Source: Selaginella moellendorffii
Lineage: Eukaryota > Plantae > Lycopodiophyta
Direction: 5' to 3'
Assembly (NCBI RefSeq): GCF_000143415.4
Contig: NW_003314302.1
Span: 1,203,921-1,267,920 of the forward strand
DNA: 64,000 nt
The translations under genes and the position numbers were made by a program. The notes beneath the pieces are model-generated. The model searched no databases. It saw nothing but the letters and a program-made list of their open reading frames with translations, and was not told the DNA's origin. Shown one piece after another: positions 50,743-64,000 of the stretch. Positions within the stretch are counted from its first letter, which is position 1, and each line of letters begins with the position of its first letter.

Positions 50743-53011
50743 CAACTATTAAAGAAATGGATCTTTACTTGAGGTCTTAAAACCATAGCTTGCAAACCCC
50801 ATTCACCTTTCACAGCTCAAGCATCATTATATTCTCCAAAACTTTGACAAGTTTCCCATTGTCACAAATGTGACTTCAGGTATTGAAAGATATTTGTCAG
50901 CCAATCTTTATGGGCACTTTTTCCTTACTGCCATGACGGCAGGAGGTTGGTATTGCTAATTTGTTTTATTAGCCCCTCTTGTCCATTGTATATTTGGTAT
51001 TAGAGGAATTGTCTTAGTAATTCCTATCCAACTTTTGTCAGATTTTCTAACTCAAGTTGCATATGCAGAGAATTTTTTAGTAGATCCAAAGCGACCTGTG
51101 TAAGATTAGTTGGATTGCACCATTCAGTAAGAACATTGTATGCATATTCAGTTACTAATAGAGGCATGTATATAGCTAGCAAAATGGTGAAAAGGAACCA
51201 TGCTGATGATGTTGAAACCTCTAGAGGGGAAAATCAAGAGGAGGAAACTCTTGCTAGAGATGCTGCGGAAAGGGCTAAGGTTGAGTCAAAAGAGAAAGAC
51301 CCAGATGCTACGGCACTACAGCATACAGCTCAGGAAGTCAAGATCAAGAATTTGTGAAGGGAAGTTCGCAAATTGAAGAAGGAGAACAAGAAGAGGAAGA
51401 AAGAAGTTGAGGCAACTAAATCAATTAAATCTAAGCAACCAGACTCCTCTTCAAGTTTTAAGGACGATGAAGTTCTACAATCGCCCCCAGTTGCACGAGT
51501 TTCAAAGTTCAAGCCTCTAAAACCACCCAGTTTTAGAGGCATGTGGGACTATTAGGTTTTGGAAGACTAGGTCTATGATATGAAAAATTATTTCATAACA
51601 GTAGATATAGATGATCATACGAAAGTTGGGTGTGTACAATCCTTTCTTATTGATCATACCAAAAGTTGGTGGAGCCAGGTGTGTGCTGAAAAAGGGCAGA
51701 CTAGAAGTCAGACCAAGATGCGGTCTCATATCCGTGAAGAATACTTGCCGGATGATCTTGGTCTGAGATTTCATGCGGAGCTGTGGTGGTTGAAGCAGCA
51801 AGGGGACCTCATGCATTACGTTAATGAGTTTGCTCAAAAGCACATTATGATTGCAAATATGAGTGACGAAGATGGTTAAAGTTATTTCCTGGAAGGTTTA
51901 AATTCACTTTCTCACAATGAGATTTTGAAGTTTAAGCCAAAGACATACCTGGAGTGTAAGGAGGCAGTGCAGCAAGTTGCCTTTAGTCACTCACTCATGG
52001 AACAATATCAACAGCCATATGCTGGTACCTCGGACAAGAATAAGAATTCTAGGAATATGCAAGGTGATTGGAAATAAAGGGTGGAAGGAAGGTTCTGCCC
52101 TGGAGGCTCACAAGCAATGGTTAATAAAGGTGGTGGTGGTTGGAGACCACCAGTAGCTTCTTCTGGTCCTAGGCCCTCGGTTCTTCCTCCTAGTGGGTAC
52201 AAGTAGCAGCAACCTATAAAACCTATTCCTAATGGAATGGGTAGTATGGGTTATTACTTCCATTGTGGAGAGTCAGGCCATAGGTCCTCAGAATGTCCTA
52301 ACAAGCATAAGACAAAGTCTTGTGTTAATGTCATGAGGGAAGATGGTGGTGGTGAAGTTGAAGGGGTTGACAAGTTGGTCAATGCAGACTATGAGGAAGA
52401 GGAGGTGAGTTACTTTCGTTGCTTTCCACAAGCTTTTCTCACAGTCAATACAAACACTAATCTATTGATGTATTTGGTAGGCTTTGTCTGTGGACACTGA
52501 ATTCAAGTGATGATTGACATAGGAGCTATGCACAGCATGATATCTGAAGACTTAGTTAAGTTGTTAGGATTGAATGCTAAGCAAATATCACCCATACACT
52601 TCCAGTTTGTAGAAGGTGGACAAGTAACTAGAAAATTTGTAAGTGATGTTTCAATAAAAATATCCAAGTAGAAAGAAAGAGTGGACTTGGTAGTGTTGAA
52701 GATATCAGATTTTCAAATAGTGTTTGGTATGGATTTTTTCAACAAATATATTAAAGGGATTTATAGTGCTGGACAAAATTGTATCATGTTGAAGTTAGAA
52801 GGACATCCCGATGTGTCCTTCCAGTTGCAAAAGCGCTCCTCAAAGGATTGGGATACTAAGTTCCTATCTCCGAGAGCTACTCAAAAAGTAGCTAAGAAGG
52901 GATGTTGGACCTTTTGGGTTCAAGTGATGGAAGCTGAGGGTATAGGTGACTCAGTTCGAATTGGTGACGAGGTTGATCTTGTACTAAAGAAGATATTGGA
53001 GTTGTTGGTGT

Positions 53012-53613
53012 AATATCGGGATAAACTATACACATGTGCATAGAGCCATCTTTCTTTTTCATAAATAACATTAGCACCCATATAAATACTTGTGTAAGTG
53101 ATTAAATTTTCCATTCTATTTTAGTCATTTAACCACACCTTTGAGCACTTAAGGGAGTCTCACTCACCACCTCCATAAGTCTCAATCTTGACTTGGGGAC
53201 ATACTAGCCCCGTGAATGGCATCTATACCACTCAACCTTTATATTTGGCCCAAGTGTTCCATATGTCTGATCCTATGACAAACACCCAAAGGTACCATTG
53301 ACATATCATCCCATTATAATAAGGTTATGTCCATTCACCTTTGTCTTATGGGTAGTCCAAGACCACCCGTACTTTGGGCTTTCACCTAAACCTCCTTTAA
53401 TACTAGGACTAACTCAAAACTTACTAAATATGCAATAATGCTAAATTACGAATTTGGATATAGAACCAATACCATTGTGTTCAAGCTAATGTCTCCATTT
53501 CATAGATATGCCAAATTAGCAAATTTAAACACTTTCCATAATTAGCCAATAGAACGAAATGAAACCACTACAAAGGGCATGATAACGAGGGTGTTTGGCA
53601 GATAGTAAGTTAT
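53012..53613 (-). repeat. Insert in D: inverted RT scrap (53012-53085) plus chimeric C/B LTR fragment (53093-53613)
   Basis: LFMKKKDGSMHMCI on minus; 53093-53345 matches 55841-56092; 53370-53613 matches 28740-29002. Confidence 0.75.
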
Positions 53614-56600
53614 TACTACCTCCTATCTGTGAGGTTGATAATTGAATTGAGGTTATTCTAGGCTCTAAACCATCTACGAAAGCTTCATATCATTTGAACA
53701 TTAAGGAGATGGCTGAACTCAAGAAGCAACTCATGGAGCTTCTTGACAAAGGTCATATCTGACTAAGTAAGTCATCTTATGGAGCACCAGTCCTTTTTGT
53801 TATGAAAAAGGATGGAACCATGAGGATGTGTATCGACTATTGGGCACTTAACAAGATCATAGTAAAAAACAATGATCCTTTGCCTTGCATTGATGTCTTG
53901 TTTGACAAACTCTTAAAGGCTAAGTATTTTATGCAGCTTGATTTGTGGTCCGAGTATCATCAGATACGGGTAGCAAATCAGGATGTGGAGAAGACAGCCT
54001 TTAAGACTCGGTACAGCTCTTATGAGTTCCTTGTCATGCCATTTGGGTTATGTAATGCTCTGGCAAAGTTTAGCACTATAATGGATTGAATATTTAGAGA
54101 TTATTTAGACACAGTTGTCTTATATATCGACAATGTTCTAGTCCTCAGTGAAATGTTGGAGGGTCATTTGAAACACTTGGAGCTAGTGTTTCAAAAATTG
54201 CGTGAACACAAATTGTATGCTAAGGAAAGTAAATGTACTTTTAGACAATTGCAAGTAAAATTTTATGGACATATAGTTGGTGGTGGCGTAATTAAGGTAA
54301 ATCCAAAGAAGGTGGAAGCAGTGAAGTCTTGGGAAGTCCTGATTACTGTATCAGATGTTCGTTCCTTTCTCGGTTTAGTAGGATACTATTGCAAATTTGT
54401 CTGTAATTTTGCAAGAATTGCTCTTCCATTGACTGAGTTGACGAAGAGTAGTATACCGTTTCATTGGACACTAGTTTGTTAACGTGATTTTGTATGATTG
54501 AAGGAGATTTTGACTACGGTTCTTGTTCTCAGGATCCTAGATCTTGATAAACCCTTTGAAGTGCATTGTAATGCATCTGGCTATGCTATTGGTGCCATGT
54601 TGCAGCAAGATTGCGACAAAGCGGTTGGTGTCAAGCTAAGGCGACATGGTTGTCCTGTTGCATTCTATTCCAAGAAATTGGATGAAACCCAATGAAGATG
54701 GCCAACACACGAGAAAGAGATGTTTGCTATAGTGTCAGTGTTGGAACACTAAAGACACTATTTGGGTGGACATACCAAGGTTTATACAGATAGTAACACA
54801 CTGAGCTACTTTGCTATGCAGCCTAAGCTTATGCTGAAGTAGGCCCATTGGCAAGAGAAGCTTGCTAGATATGATATTAAAATCATATATAAGCCTAGTA
54901 AAGACAATATTGTTCCAGATGCATTGAATTGTCAAGCTCAATTCTGGGCAATATCGGCAATCAGTTTGGACTGGTTAGAGGACATTTGGGCTTCATATGG
55001 AAGTGATCCATTGGTGAAGGTAATCTTATGCCGTGCGGAGTTGTCAAAGTAGACCCTGGTAGCGAAGCAGTGAAAGTTGCTAGTCGCACCAATATGAACG
55101 ATCACTTCTCAGTTCAAGATGGGCTTATATTTTATAAGCAAGAAAAATTATATCTTCCCTCTAAGGATCTATAACAGTTGTTTCTGCAGGAACATCATGA
55201 TGTTCTGGCAGCGGGACATGATGGAAAGCAAAAGACTCTAGCTTCATTGAAAAAGGGATTTTTCTGGTCTGGTATGAAAGGTGATGTTGCAAACTATATC
55301 CGTTCCTGCCCTATATGTCAGCAATGTAAGCGCAGAATTGAGAAGCAAGCTCAAAAGTTGCAGTGTATTCCAGCACCAGCATGGCTATTTCAAAGTGTGA
55401 CACTTGATTTCGTCACTTGCTTGCTGAAGTCTAAGAGTTATGATACTTTGATAGTGGTTGTGGATCAGTTGTCAAAGATTGTACACTTTATTCCAACTAT
55501 GGGAATAGTTTAATTTGAAACAAGCAACAAAACTCTTTTTCCATGAAGTAGTATGAGTTTGTGGTCTTCCCAAAAAGATGATCTTGGATAGAGATTCAAG
55601 GTTTACGGGGAAGTTTTGGGGCACACTATTCCAATTGTTTGGTACCAAGTTGAAGTTTAGTACGGTTTATCATCCTCAAACTGATGGGTAAACCAAACAT
55701 GTGAATGCTCAAGTTGAGGATTATCTACAGTACTATGTTGCAATAGACCAACGCAACTAGGTTAAGCATTTGAACACAATAGAAATCTATTACAACAATA
55801 CATTTCACAGCACTATTAGCTATTTTCCATGGGAGATGCTTGTAAGCGACTAAATTTTCCATTCTACTTTAGTCACTTAACCACACCTCCGACCACTTGG
55901 AGGAGTCTCATTCACAACCTCCATCAATCCAATTCAGGACTTGGGACTTGCTAGCCCCAAGAATGGCATCCATGCCACTCCACACTTGCACCTGGTCCAA
56001 GTGCTCCACGTGTCCGGCCCTGAGACCGACACCCAAAGGTACCACTGACATCTCGGCCCGTTATGCTAAGGCCATGCCCATTCACCTTTGCTGCACTAGT
56101 GGTTCAACACCACTTGCATCACCACCTCGTCTCTCCAAGACTGGGCCATGTGTCCACGAGGGGTCATCCTAGATCCACTCCTTAGCATCCTTAGGATGCC
56201 CACAGACCTGGGGAATTGCCTTCCTCAAAGTCCCTTTGTCAGTTCCTACCAAGTCCCTTTCTGCCCCTGGCCGTGTTTGCCAACACTGCCATTGGATCGA
56301 GGCCCACAGGCCCGACCCCTAAGTCCCACGGTCCTCTGGGACTTCCTCACCACATGACTGTGTCCTTGGTCACTACCCCAGAGGACTGCTCCTCTTCCTT
56401 TCCACAGTCTGGGCCTTTGGGACAACATTTCGGAACACCGTGGCCTTACACGAGCCACCTGGGTACTCTCCCCACCTATCGCCTTTAGGTGCTCTAGCCA
56501 TGGGCTTAGAGCAAGGTTCCGTTGAGCCACGCCTGGTATCCAAGTAGGTAGTGCCACCCACACTTGGACTGGGAGCATCGGCCAGTCGATCTCCCGGGGG

Positions 56601-56844
56601 AACTAGAGCCGGCTCTTGAACACTTCACCAAGCTACCCCGCTTGTCGGTCCGTATTCACTCTAGTCTTGGACTTCCCAGTGGTCAGTTCATCACCCAACA
56701 CTGGGTCTGGCCTTCCTGGGCCAAACTGGCCTTTCCTGGCCAAACTGGCTCCACTGCAGTCCTCCCCCTACTATACTTTTGGAGCTCACCAAACCCCCCA
56801 GGGTCTGGGAGACGAACGCTTTGGGCTTTCACCCTCTCAGGCTC

Positions 56845-57405
56845 CAGACTCGGACTCGGACTCGGACTCGGACTCGGACTCGGATTCGGACTCGGACTCG
56901 GGCTCGGGCTCGGTCTTGGCCTCGGCCTCGGTCTCGGTCTCGGTCCCGATCTCGGTCTCGGTCTCGGTCTCGGTCCCGGTCTCGGTTCCGGTCTCGGTCT
57001 CGACTTCGGACTCCATCTCGGACTCCATCTCGGACTCCATCTCGGACTCCATCTCAGGTCCATCTCGGGTCCATCTCGGACTCCATCTCGGACTCCATCT
57101 CGGGTCCATCTCGGACTCCATCTCGGACTCCATTTCGGGTCTATCTCGGGTCCACCTCGGACTCCATCTCGGACTCCATCTCGGGTCCATCTCGGACTCC
57201 ATTTCGGGTCCATCTCGGGTCCACCTCGGACTCCATCTCGGACTCCATCTCGGACTCCATCTCGGGTCCATCTCGGACTCCACTTTGGACTCCAACTCGG
57301 GTCCATCTCGGGTCCACCTCGGACTTCATCTCGGACTCCATCTCGGACTCCATCTCGGGTCCATCTTGGACTCCATCTCGGACTCCATCTCGAGTCCATC
57401 TCGGA
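56845..57405. repeat. 6/12-bp tandem array (CTCGGA, CTCGGT, CTCCATCTCGGA) in the family C LTR
   Basis: Directly visible. Confidence 0.95.
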
Positions 57406-60400
57406 CACTCCCACGTGTCATGTGTTGGTCCTTTTGGGTCCCTTTTTGGAGCCTTGCCTTTTGCTCGCTTCGTGCTCGTTCCTCGAGCACTTCGTTGGGA
57501 GTTCCACTCCCGCTCTTGACTTTTCAAGTCGGAGCTTTTGGTCCAAACGTGTTACGCTCGTTTGGCTCTCGCTTCGGCCACTACCATGTGGCGCCCTTCC
57601 GGCTCCACTTTGGGGCCTAGGGATTTCGTGTCTCACAACTCCACCACCCATAGACGAAGTTTGATGTCCTCATCGAACGGTAAACCCTTTCATAAAGTAA
57701 CACCCACATGTGTTACCATTTCCATCTTTGGCACCTAGCCAATCTTTGTCTATGGTTTGACATCAAAGGCTCACCATGCTTTGTCCATCCTTTAAGGAGC
57801 GTAGTCTCTCCAATTAAGAGACTGATTGGAACACATGTAATGGTTCATCCTTTTATTGGTTTAGTTCTCGCTAAACCTCTTAGAGACCCTTCTCTAAGTC
57901 AATCCCACTACTCCTTCTCGAGTAGTCTCAATTTCCATCGATATAACCTTTGCACTTTGGAACTTTGAATTTTTGACTTCTTGGAGTCAATTTCCTAGGT
58001 GTCTCCGACACCTTGCCTTGCACCTTTTGTGCAACTCCACTTCCCATCCTAGGAAGTTCTCTACTCGAGGGCACCATCATCCTCTCTTCTATTTCGTGCC
58101 AAAGTTCCAGTTATCATGCTTTGTGCTAGGGCTGTTCATGGCCCTATCATTTGGCTACCTTACCGCTCCCTCCCTTGGAGCTTCCACTTTCGCCAACTCG
58201 GAGCATTTCGGAATCCCTCCTTGGAAACACACTTCCTTTCCCGCAACTTGTTAGCGTCCAACACATTAGTGTTCCTCGCCTAACTTTGTCACTTGGATTC
58301 CTTCCAAGGGATTCCACGGCCCTATCTTGGCCACTCATCTTTTGCTCTTATCCGTTGATTGTTGCACCAAGCAACATCGAATCTCTACCTCCCTCCTTGA
58401 GGTATTGTTTCGGTTCCATAGCAAAGACTCTTCTTTGCCAAGTCCGGAGGACGTTCACCCCTAGTACGTCTCTTTAGCATCTTCTGCTATGGGCTCTATC
58501 CACGGCCCAACTTCGTGACCCTCCCATGGGTCTTTTATAGAGACTACTTTCCTCGGACTCACTATGCCATCGCACGGACATAGTTTATTTCCCTTAGGTG
58601 CTCTTCCCACTTGGTTATCACGACCAAGCCACACCACCTTAAACAGTCAATTTCAACATTTTGAACCAGGAACTTCATTCCTTAGCCAACCAAGGACCTT
58701 GTCCTTATCTGGCCATAAGATCACCTAGTGATCTCACCTTGGCACCTTAACAGAGTTGCCAAGAGGTACTTGGTTTTCTAGACTTCCAAGTTGTTGACTA
58801 TAACCCCGGGGGCATCCCCCACACTTGGCGGTGCACCCAAGCTAGCCCTTACGGCCAAGGGTTCATAGCAACTGAGATTAGGTGTCCCCATCTCACTCAC
58901 CACGACCTTGGTGCCACTTGCACCAAAGTGTTCAAGTTAGATATGCTGAGCTTTCACACTAAGCAATCTAACCGTGCATCACGACTCCGAGGCATCCCTC
59001 ATTTGGCGGTGTGCCCAAACCAGTCTCCCCACTGAGAGTCCATGACCACCGAAATATGAGTGTCCTCATATTCCAAACCATCACCACGCCCTAGTGATTT
59101 GGGACTCGAACCCAAGCACTAGAGGGTCGGGACTCGAACCCAACCTCCGTATATGCATCTACGGACGGCATCACACTAGATGCCTGGCGTGACTCCCCAC
59201 GCCGGTGCACCAACTTATTTTTAAAGCGCGCTACAGATCACAGCTTAGGAACCTAGTTCCTCCACACTGCCAAGTCCTCTCACTTGACATGTCTGTGATC
59301 ATGCATGGACTCCTCCATGCTCGGCCCCATGGCCCACCCTTTTTGAAGTTATCACCTTCAACTAGGGTCTTTGTTCCCCCGACGTGCCAATCTCACTTGG
59401 CAAGTTCTCCGACCATTGTAACATGGTTCCTGCATAAGCGTGAAAGTCCTTGACCATCGACTTTCGTTCAAAGCCCTCTCTTTGAACACTCGAGAACTAC
59501 ATCCCTAACCTTGATAACCTTGCCTCATGGCAAGCTTCAAGACCACGCTTCTGCTGCGCCACTCTGATTTCGCGCGTTCCATGAACCATTTACACTTGGC
59601 CTTTCTAGGTACTACGCTACCTAGAATCGTCTTTGGGAACCTTGAAGGAACTCTGTCCGTCAACTTGCTAAGGCCTCCCCTTTCGCAAGCTTTATAGTTG
59701 CCATATAGTCTAACATGGACAATTCCATATTTTAGACTCTCTATGGCATCACGGTTGCTAGCAACAACATCCTCGAGCACCCTCTTGATTCTCCACTCCC
59801 AGCTGGCATAACCAACCTTGGTTATGCCCTTTGATTCCTATGGTTCGGTTCTATCCCCTTACTTCTTGTTTTTTGGCTTCACACCTTTCCTTTGGTCATT
59901 CTCCTCCAGACCAGGAGGATAGCTTTGCACTTTCTATCATGCCTTAGCAAGTATTCTTAGGGATGAACCTACCCAATAGCCTAGGGAGTGGTTCCTCAAT
60001 TCGGGTATGCTCACCTTATAATCCAACACACTGGGATTACATTGTTGCTTATGGGCCTTTACATGCCCATCACTAGCCTTGCCAAAATTCCATTTTTGGC
60101 TTTGTCCAACTCGGGTAGACAGTCCTCTCCTGTCTCCGCAACCTTGGACATTTGGATAGCACCTTCTATCCATCATTCGCTAGGGACTTAGTCCCTTGGG
60201 CTTTATCCATTGCCCTCGCGACATCAAACACCACCTTCTGGTGTTCTAGAGTGTTCGGGTGTCCCAATGATGGCTTTCTTGACAATGAGTATTTCCTTTT
60301 ATGACATTGACTTACTATATCGCAACATAAGCAACTTATCCCCCGTAAGGGTATATCCGACTTCCCTATACTAGAAGTCTTGGGTAGCTACCTTCTACCC

Positions 60401-62669
60401 GTTTAACCAGTTATTTTGCACCTCTTGCTTAGTTGCCTCATGGTTGTCAAGTCCTACAACTCATTGCTTGGTGCTTGCACACCTCCATCATTATCTGGGT
60501 CACCGCACTCCAATTGCATGCTCTGCCGCTTAGGCTATGCCATTCCCATTCCAATTGGGATTTCTTTGGCAAGGGGTTCTCATGAACCCACCAACATAGC
60601 CTCAAGGTATCACACCTTGGCACATTTGGTGTCTCCACACCATCAGCTCCACGAGCCTACCTCTATGACACTTCCCCTTCGTGTTTAAGTCTTTGCCAAG
60701 ACCAACACCGCTCTTTCTCATGCCAACCATCCGTTAGCACTACACTATAGAGGTCACACACAACTTTGTGTCAAAGTTGTTTTCTTCTGGGAACACCTTT
60801 CCCATAACTTTAGCATGGCATATTTTGCCATCGATGAGATACCCTCCGTTCTCATCCTTGGATCCTATGATCCCCCCCCATCCTTTGTGGGGTACAACAC
60901 ACCTCAGTCCAAATGCTTCCATCAGTCCTTTTAGGACCATCCGTTGACTCTACTTGAGTCATCTAGCAGTTTTGGACTTGGTTAATCCACAGACCCGTAA
61001 GGTTCTACTTGTGAGGCACTAGCTCACTGGAATACACTTCTTGCATTCCTGTCCTACTCAAAAGGACTATTTTCACAAGTGTTACTCCGACACTTGATTT
61101 TGTTCTCTGGGGGCAACCTTTGCCTCTTAGGACTACTTGTCCATGTGATGAGAACACCAACTCATCCACTTAATACACCCCCAACTCCTGGGGTTGTTCC
61201 AGCATTTATTAGAGGTAGCCGAGGCTACCTTTTCAAGGACTTGAGTCCTCTTCCGTATTTGACCTCCCACGGTCATTACTTCTGGTCTCACATTCATGAG
61301 CACCAACCTCAACTATATGAGGAAAATCTTGTGACTCCTTTATTGCTTTGGAGTCTTTATCTTTCCCGTGATCCCAACTGTAATTGTTTACCACAACTAC
61401 ATTAGCCAGTTTGCTAAGTCAAACGCTCATCTGGATCACATCCTCAACTCTTTGAGGAAAACCATATACTGTTCCCAAGATCCCAAAGTCGTTCCATTAT
61501 TGGCCCTTTTCTATCCACCACCTCGTCTACAAGTTCACACATGAACTGTAATGGAGAGCCATGTCTTCCCGACTTGCTACTCCTCAAGGATAGGCCCACT
61601 CCTTGGACCTTCCGATGCCAACACTAGTGGTGATATACTTGAGCACCAATAAAAGTCAGACTAAGGAACAGCTCCGATACCAAATTGTAAGCGACTAAAT
61701 TTTCCATTCTACTTTAGTCACTTAACCACACCTCCGACCACTTGGAGGAGTCTCATTCACAACCTCCATCAATCCAATTCAGGACTTGGGACTTGCTAGC
61801 CCCAAGAATGGCATCCATGCCACTCCACACTTGCACCTGGTCCAAGTGCTCCACGTGTCCGGCCCTGAGACCGACACCCAAAGGTACCACTGACATCTCG
61901 GCCCGTTACGCTAAGGCCATGCCCATTCACCTTTGCTGCACTAGTGGTTCAACACCACTTGCATCACCACCTCGTCTCTCCAAGACTGGGCCATGTGTCC
62001 ACGAGGGGTCATCCTAGATCCACTCCTTAGCATCCTTAGGATGCCCACAGACCTGGGGAATTGCCTTCCCCAAAGTCCCTTTGTCAGTTCCTACCAAGTC
62101 CCTTTCTGCCCCTGGCCGTGTTTGCCAACACTGCCACTGGATCGAGGCCCACAGGCCCGACCCCTAAGTCCCACGGTCCTCTGGGACTTCCTCACCATAT
62201 GACTGTGTCCTTGGTCACTACCCCAGAGGACTGCTCCTCTTCCTTTCCACAGTCTGGGCCTTTGGGACAACATTTCGGAACACCGTGGCCTTACGCGAGC
62301 CACCTGGGTACTCTCCCCACCTATCGCCTTTAGGTGCTCTAGCCATGGGCTTAGAGCGAGGTTCCGTTGAGCCACGCCTGGTATCCAAGTAGGTAGTGCC
62401 ACCCACACTTGGACTGGGAGCATCGGCCAGTCGATCTCCCGGGGGAACTAGAGCCGGCTCTTGAACACTTCACCAAGCTACCCCGCTTGTCAGTCCGTAT
62501 TCACTCTAGTCTTGGACTTCCCAGTGGTCAGTTCATCACCCAACACTGGGTCTGGCCTTCCTGGGCCAAACTGGCTCCACTACAGTCCTCCCCCTACTAT
62601 ACTTTTGGAGCTCACCAAACCCCCCAGGGTCTGGGAGACGAACGCTTTGGGCTTTCACCCTCTCAGGCT

Positions 62670-63243
62670 CCAGACTCGGACTCGGACTTGGACTCGGACT
62701 CGGACTCGGACTCGGACTCGGATTCGGACTCGGACTCGGGCTCGGGCTCGGTCTTGGCCTCGGCCTCGGTCTCGGTCTCGGTCTCGGTCCCGGTCTCGGT
62801 TCCGGTCTCGGTCTCGACTTCGGACTCCATCTCGGACTCCATCTCGGACTCCATCTCGGACTCCATCTCGGACTCCATCTCGGGTCCATCTCGGGTCCAT
62901 CTCGGACTCCATCTCGGACTCCATCTCGGGTCCATCTCGGACTCCATCTCGGACTCCATTTCGGGTCCATCTCGGGTCCACCTCGGACTCCATCTCGGAC
63001 TCCATCTCAGACTCCATCTCGGGTCCATCTCGGACTCCATTTCGGGTCCATCTCGGGTCCACCTCGGACTCCATCTCGGACTCCATCTCGGACTCCATCT
63101 CGGGTCCATCTCGGACTCCACTTTGGACTCCAACTCGGGTCCATCTCGGGTCCACCTCAGACTTCATTTCGGACTCCATCTTGGACTCCATCTCGGGTCC
63201 ATCTTGGACTCCATCTCGGACTCCATCTCGAGTCCATCTCGGA
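62670..63243. repeat. 6/12-bp tandem array in the other family C LTR
   Basis: Directly visible; unit counts differ from 56845-57405. Confidence 0.95.
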
Positions 63244-63584
63244 CACTCCCACGTGTCATGTGTTGGTCCTTTTGGGTCCCTTTTTGGAGCCTTGCCTTTT
63301 GCTCGCTTCATGCTCGTTCCTCGAGCACTTCGTTGGGAGTTCCACTCCCGCTCTTGACTTTTCAGGTCGGAGCTTTTGGTCCAAACGTGTTACGCTCGTT
63401 TGGCTCTTGCTTCGGCCACTACCATGTGGCGCCCTTCCGGCTCCACTTTGGGGCCTAGGGATTTTGTGTCTCACAATGCTGCAAGGGAATGTTCATGGGG
63501 TCCCTCAACAGATTGTTATACCAAAACCAATGTCTGAAGTGTTGGTCCTGGCCATTGAGACTTATGCGAAGTAGCTACACCAAG

Positions 63585-64000
63585 TGTAGCACACGTGGTT
63601 TTGACCAATTATCCTATGGTGATTTACCATAGGATAACACCATGAAGCAGAACCTAAACCCTCCATGTGCCACATGTTCCATGCCATGTGTCACATGCCA
63701 CGTATCCAAAGGACAGTGGTGTGGAACCCAAGTTTCAGGGTCTTGGGCCACTGAACGAAGGAACAGTGCCAAACTCCCAAGCTTGGAGCCAAGGAGTGAC
63801 AGAATTGAACCACGGAGCAACTCCCGAGCATATAGCCCAAGGAGCGAAGGGACAGGAGCCTAAAGCGACTTGGAACAGTCCTAGAGCAACTAGCATCCCA
63901 ATGTCACGACCAACATGCAAAACGGAGCCAAACGGAGTCTGGCGCTATTTCGGCATACCGGTGGCCTAATGCGAGGACATGGGTACTCCACCAGCTAGCA
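63585..64000 (-). repeat. Family B LTR inserted in the D integrase, running off the window
   Basis: TGTAGC terminus; aligns with 28134-28547. Confidence 0.9.

Larger units (their letters stand above)
55841..63475 (-). mobile_element. Young non-autonomous family C element: LTRs 61686-63475 (5') and 55841-57637 (3'), perfect TSD ATGCT
   Basis: Near-identical ~1.8-kb TG...CA LTRs; PBS tggtatcggagc (61671-61682); PPT-like gggtggtggagt (57638-57649); 4-kb interior without a long ORF. Confidence 0.95.
50860..63584 (+). mobile_element. Decayed gag-pol Gypsy element (family D), interrupted by three insertions
   Basis: Short 5' LTR 50860-50992 resembling the family B LTR start; PBS tggtattagag; gag from 51184 with A-like motifs; [31 protein letters not shown]...CPICQQCK; integrase resumes after TSD ATGCT. 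Confidence 0.88.

Noticed and set aside
56845-57405. CRISPR-like array
   Set aside because: No unique spacers; contiguous tandem repeat in eukaryotic LTR context.
56564-57664. Long overlapping ORFs (up to 366 aa) rich in GL, DS, SR and ESEM; also 62409-63458, 20456-20789 and 26846-27161
   Set aside because: By-product of stop-free 6/12-bp repeats in LTRs; open on both strands, and frames differ between sister LTRs.

Overview
Repeat-dense plant genomic DNA. Introns of about 50-75 nt, a plastid-type G6PDH and PLS-type PPR fragments suggest a compact-intron land plant such as Selaginella (inference). Most of the window is nested Ty3/Gypsy LTR retrotransposons, named here families A-F, plus a decayed Helitron and one 100-N assembly gap. 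Host-derived content is a duplicated cassette: a disrupted plastidic G6PDH next to an extremely AT-rich, intronless gene for a secreted bulb-type (GNA) lectin. Only one of the three lectin copies is intact (47892-48764, minus). Top finding: a full-length chromovirus (20424-27945) has two intron-like inserts of about 50 nt in its integrase; removing them restores HPQxDGQTE and KLxxRFxG. The same element and element D also have a candidate frame-shifting intron at the gag/protease boundary. Other notable points: a covarying hairpin chain with two tRNA-like T-loops in the 3' UTR of two families, a young non-autonomous element carrying a decayed gag-pol, a module shared by three LTR families, and an LTR fragment with a TATA box just upstream of the intact lectin. 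All coordinates and alignments were read by eye.
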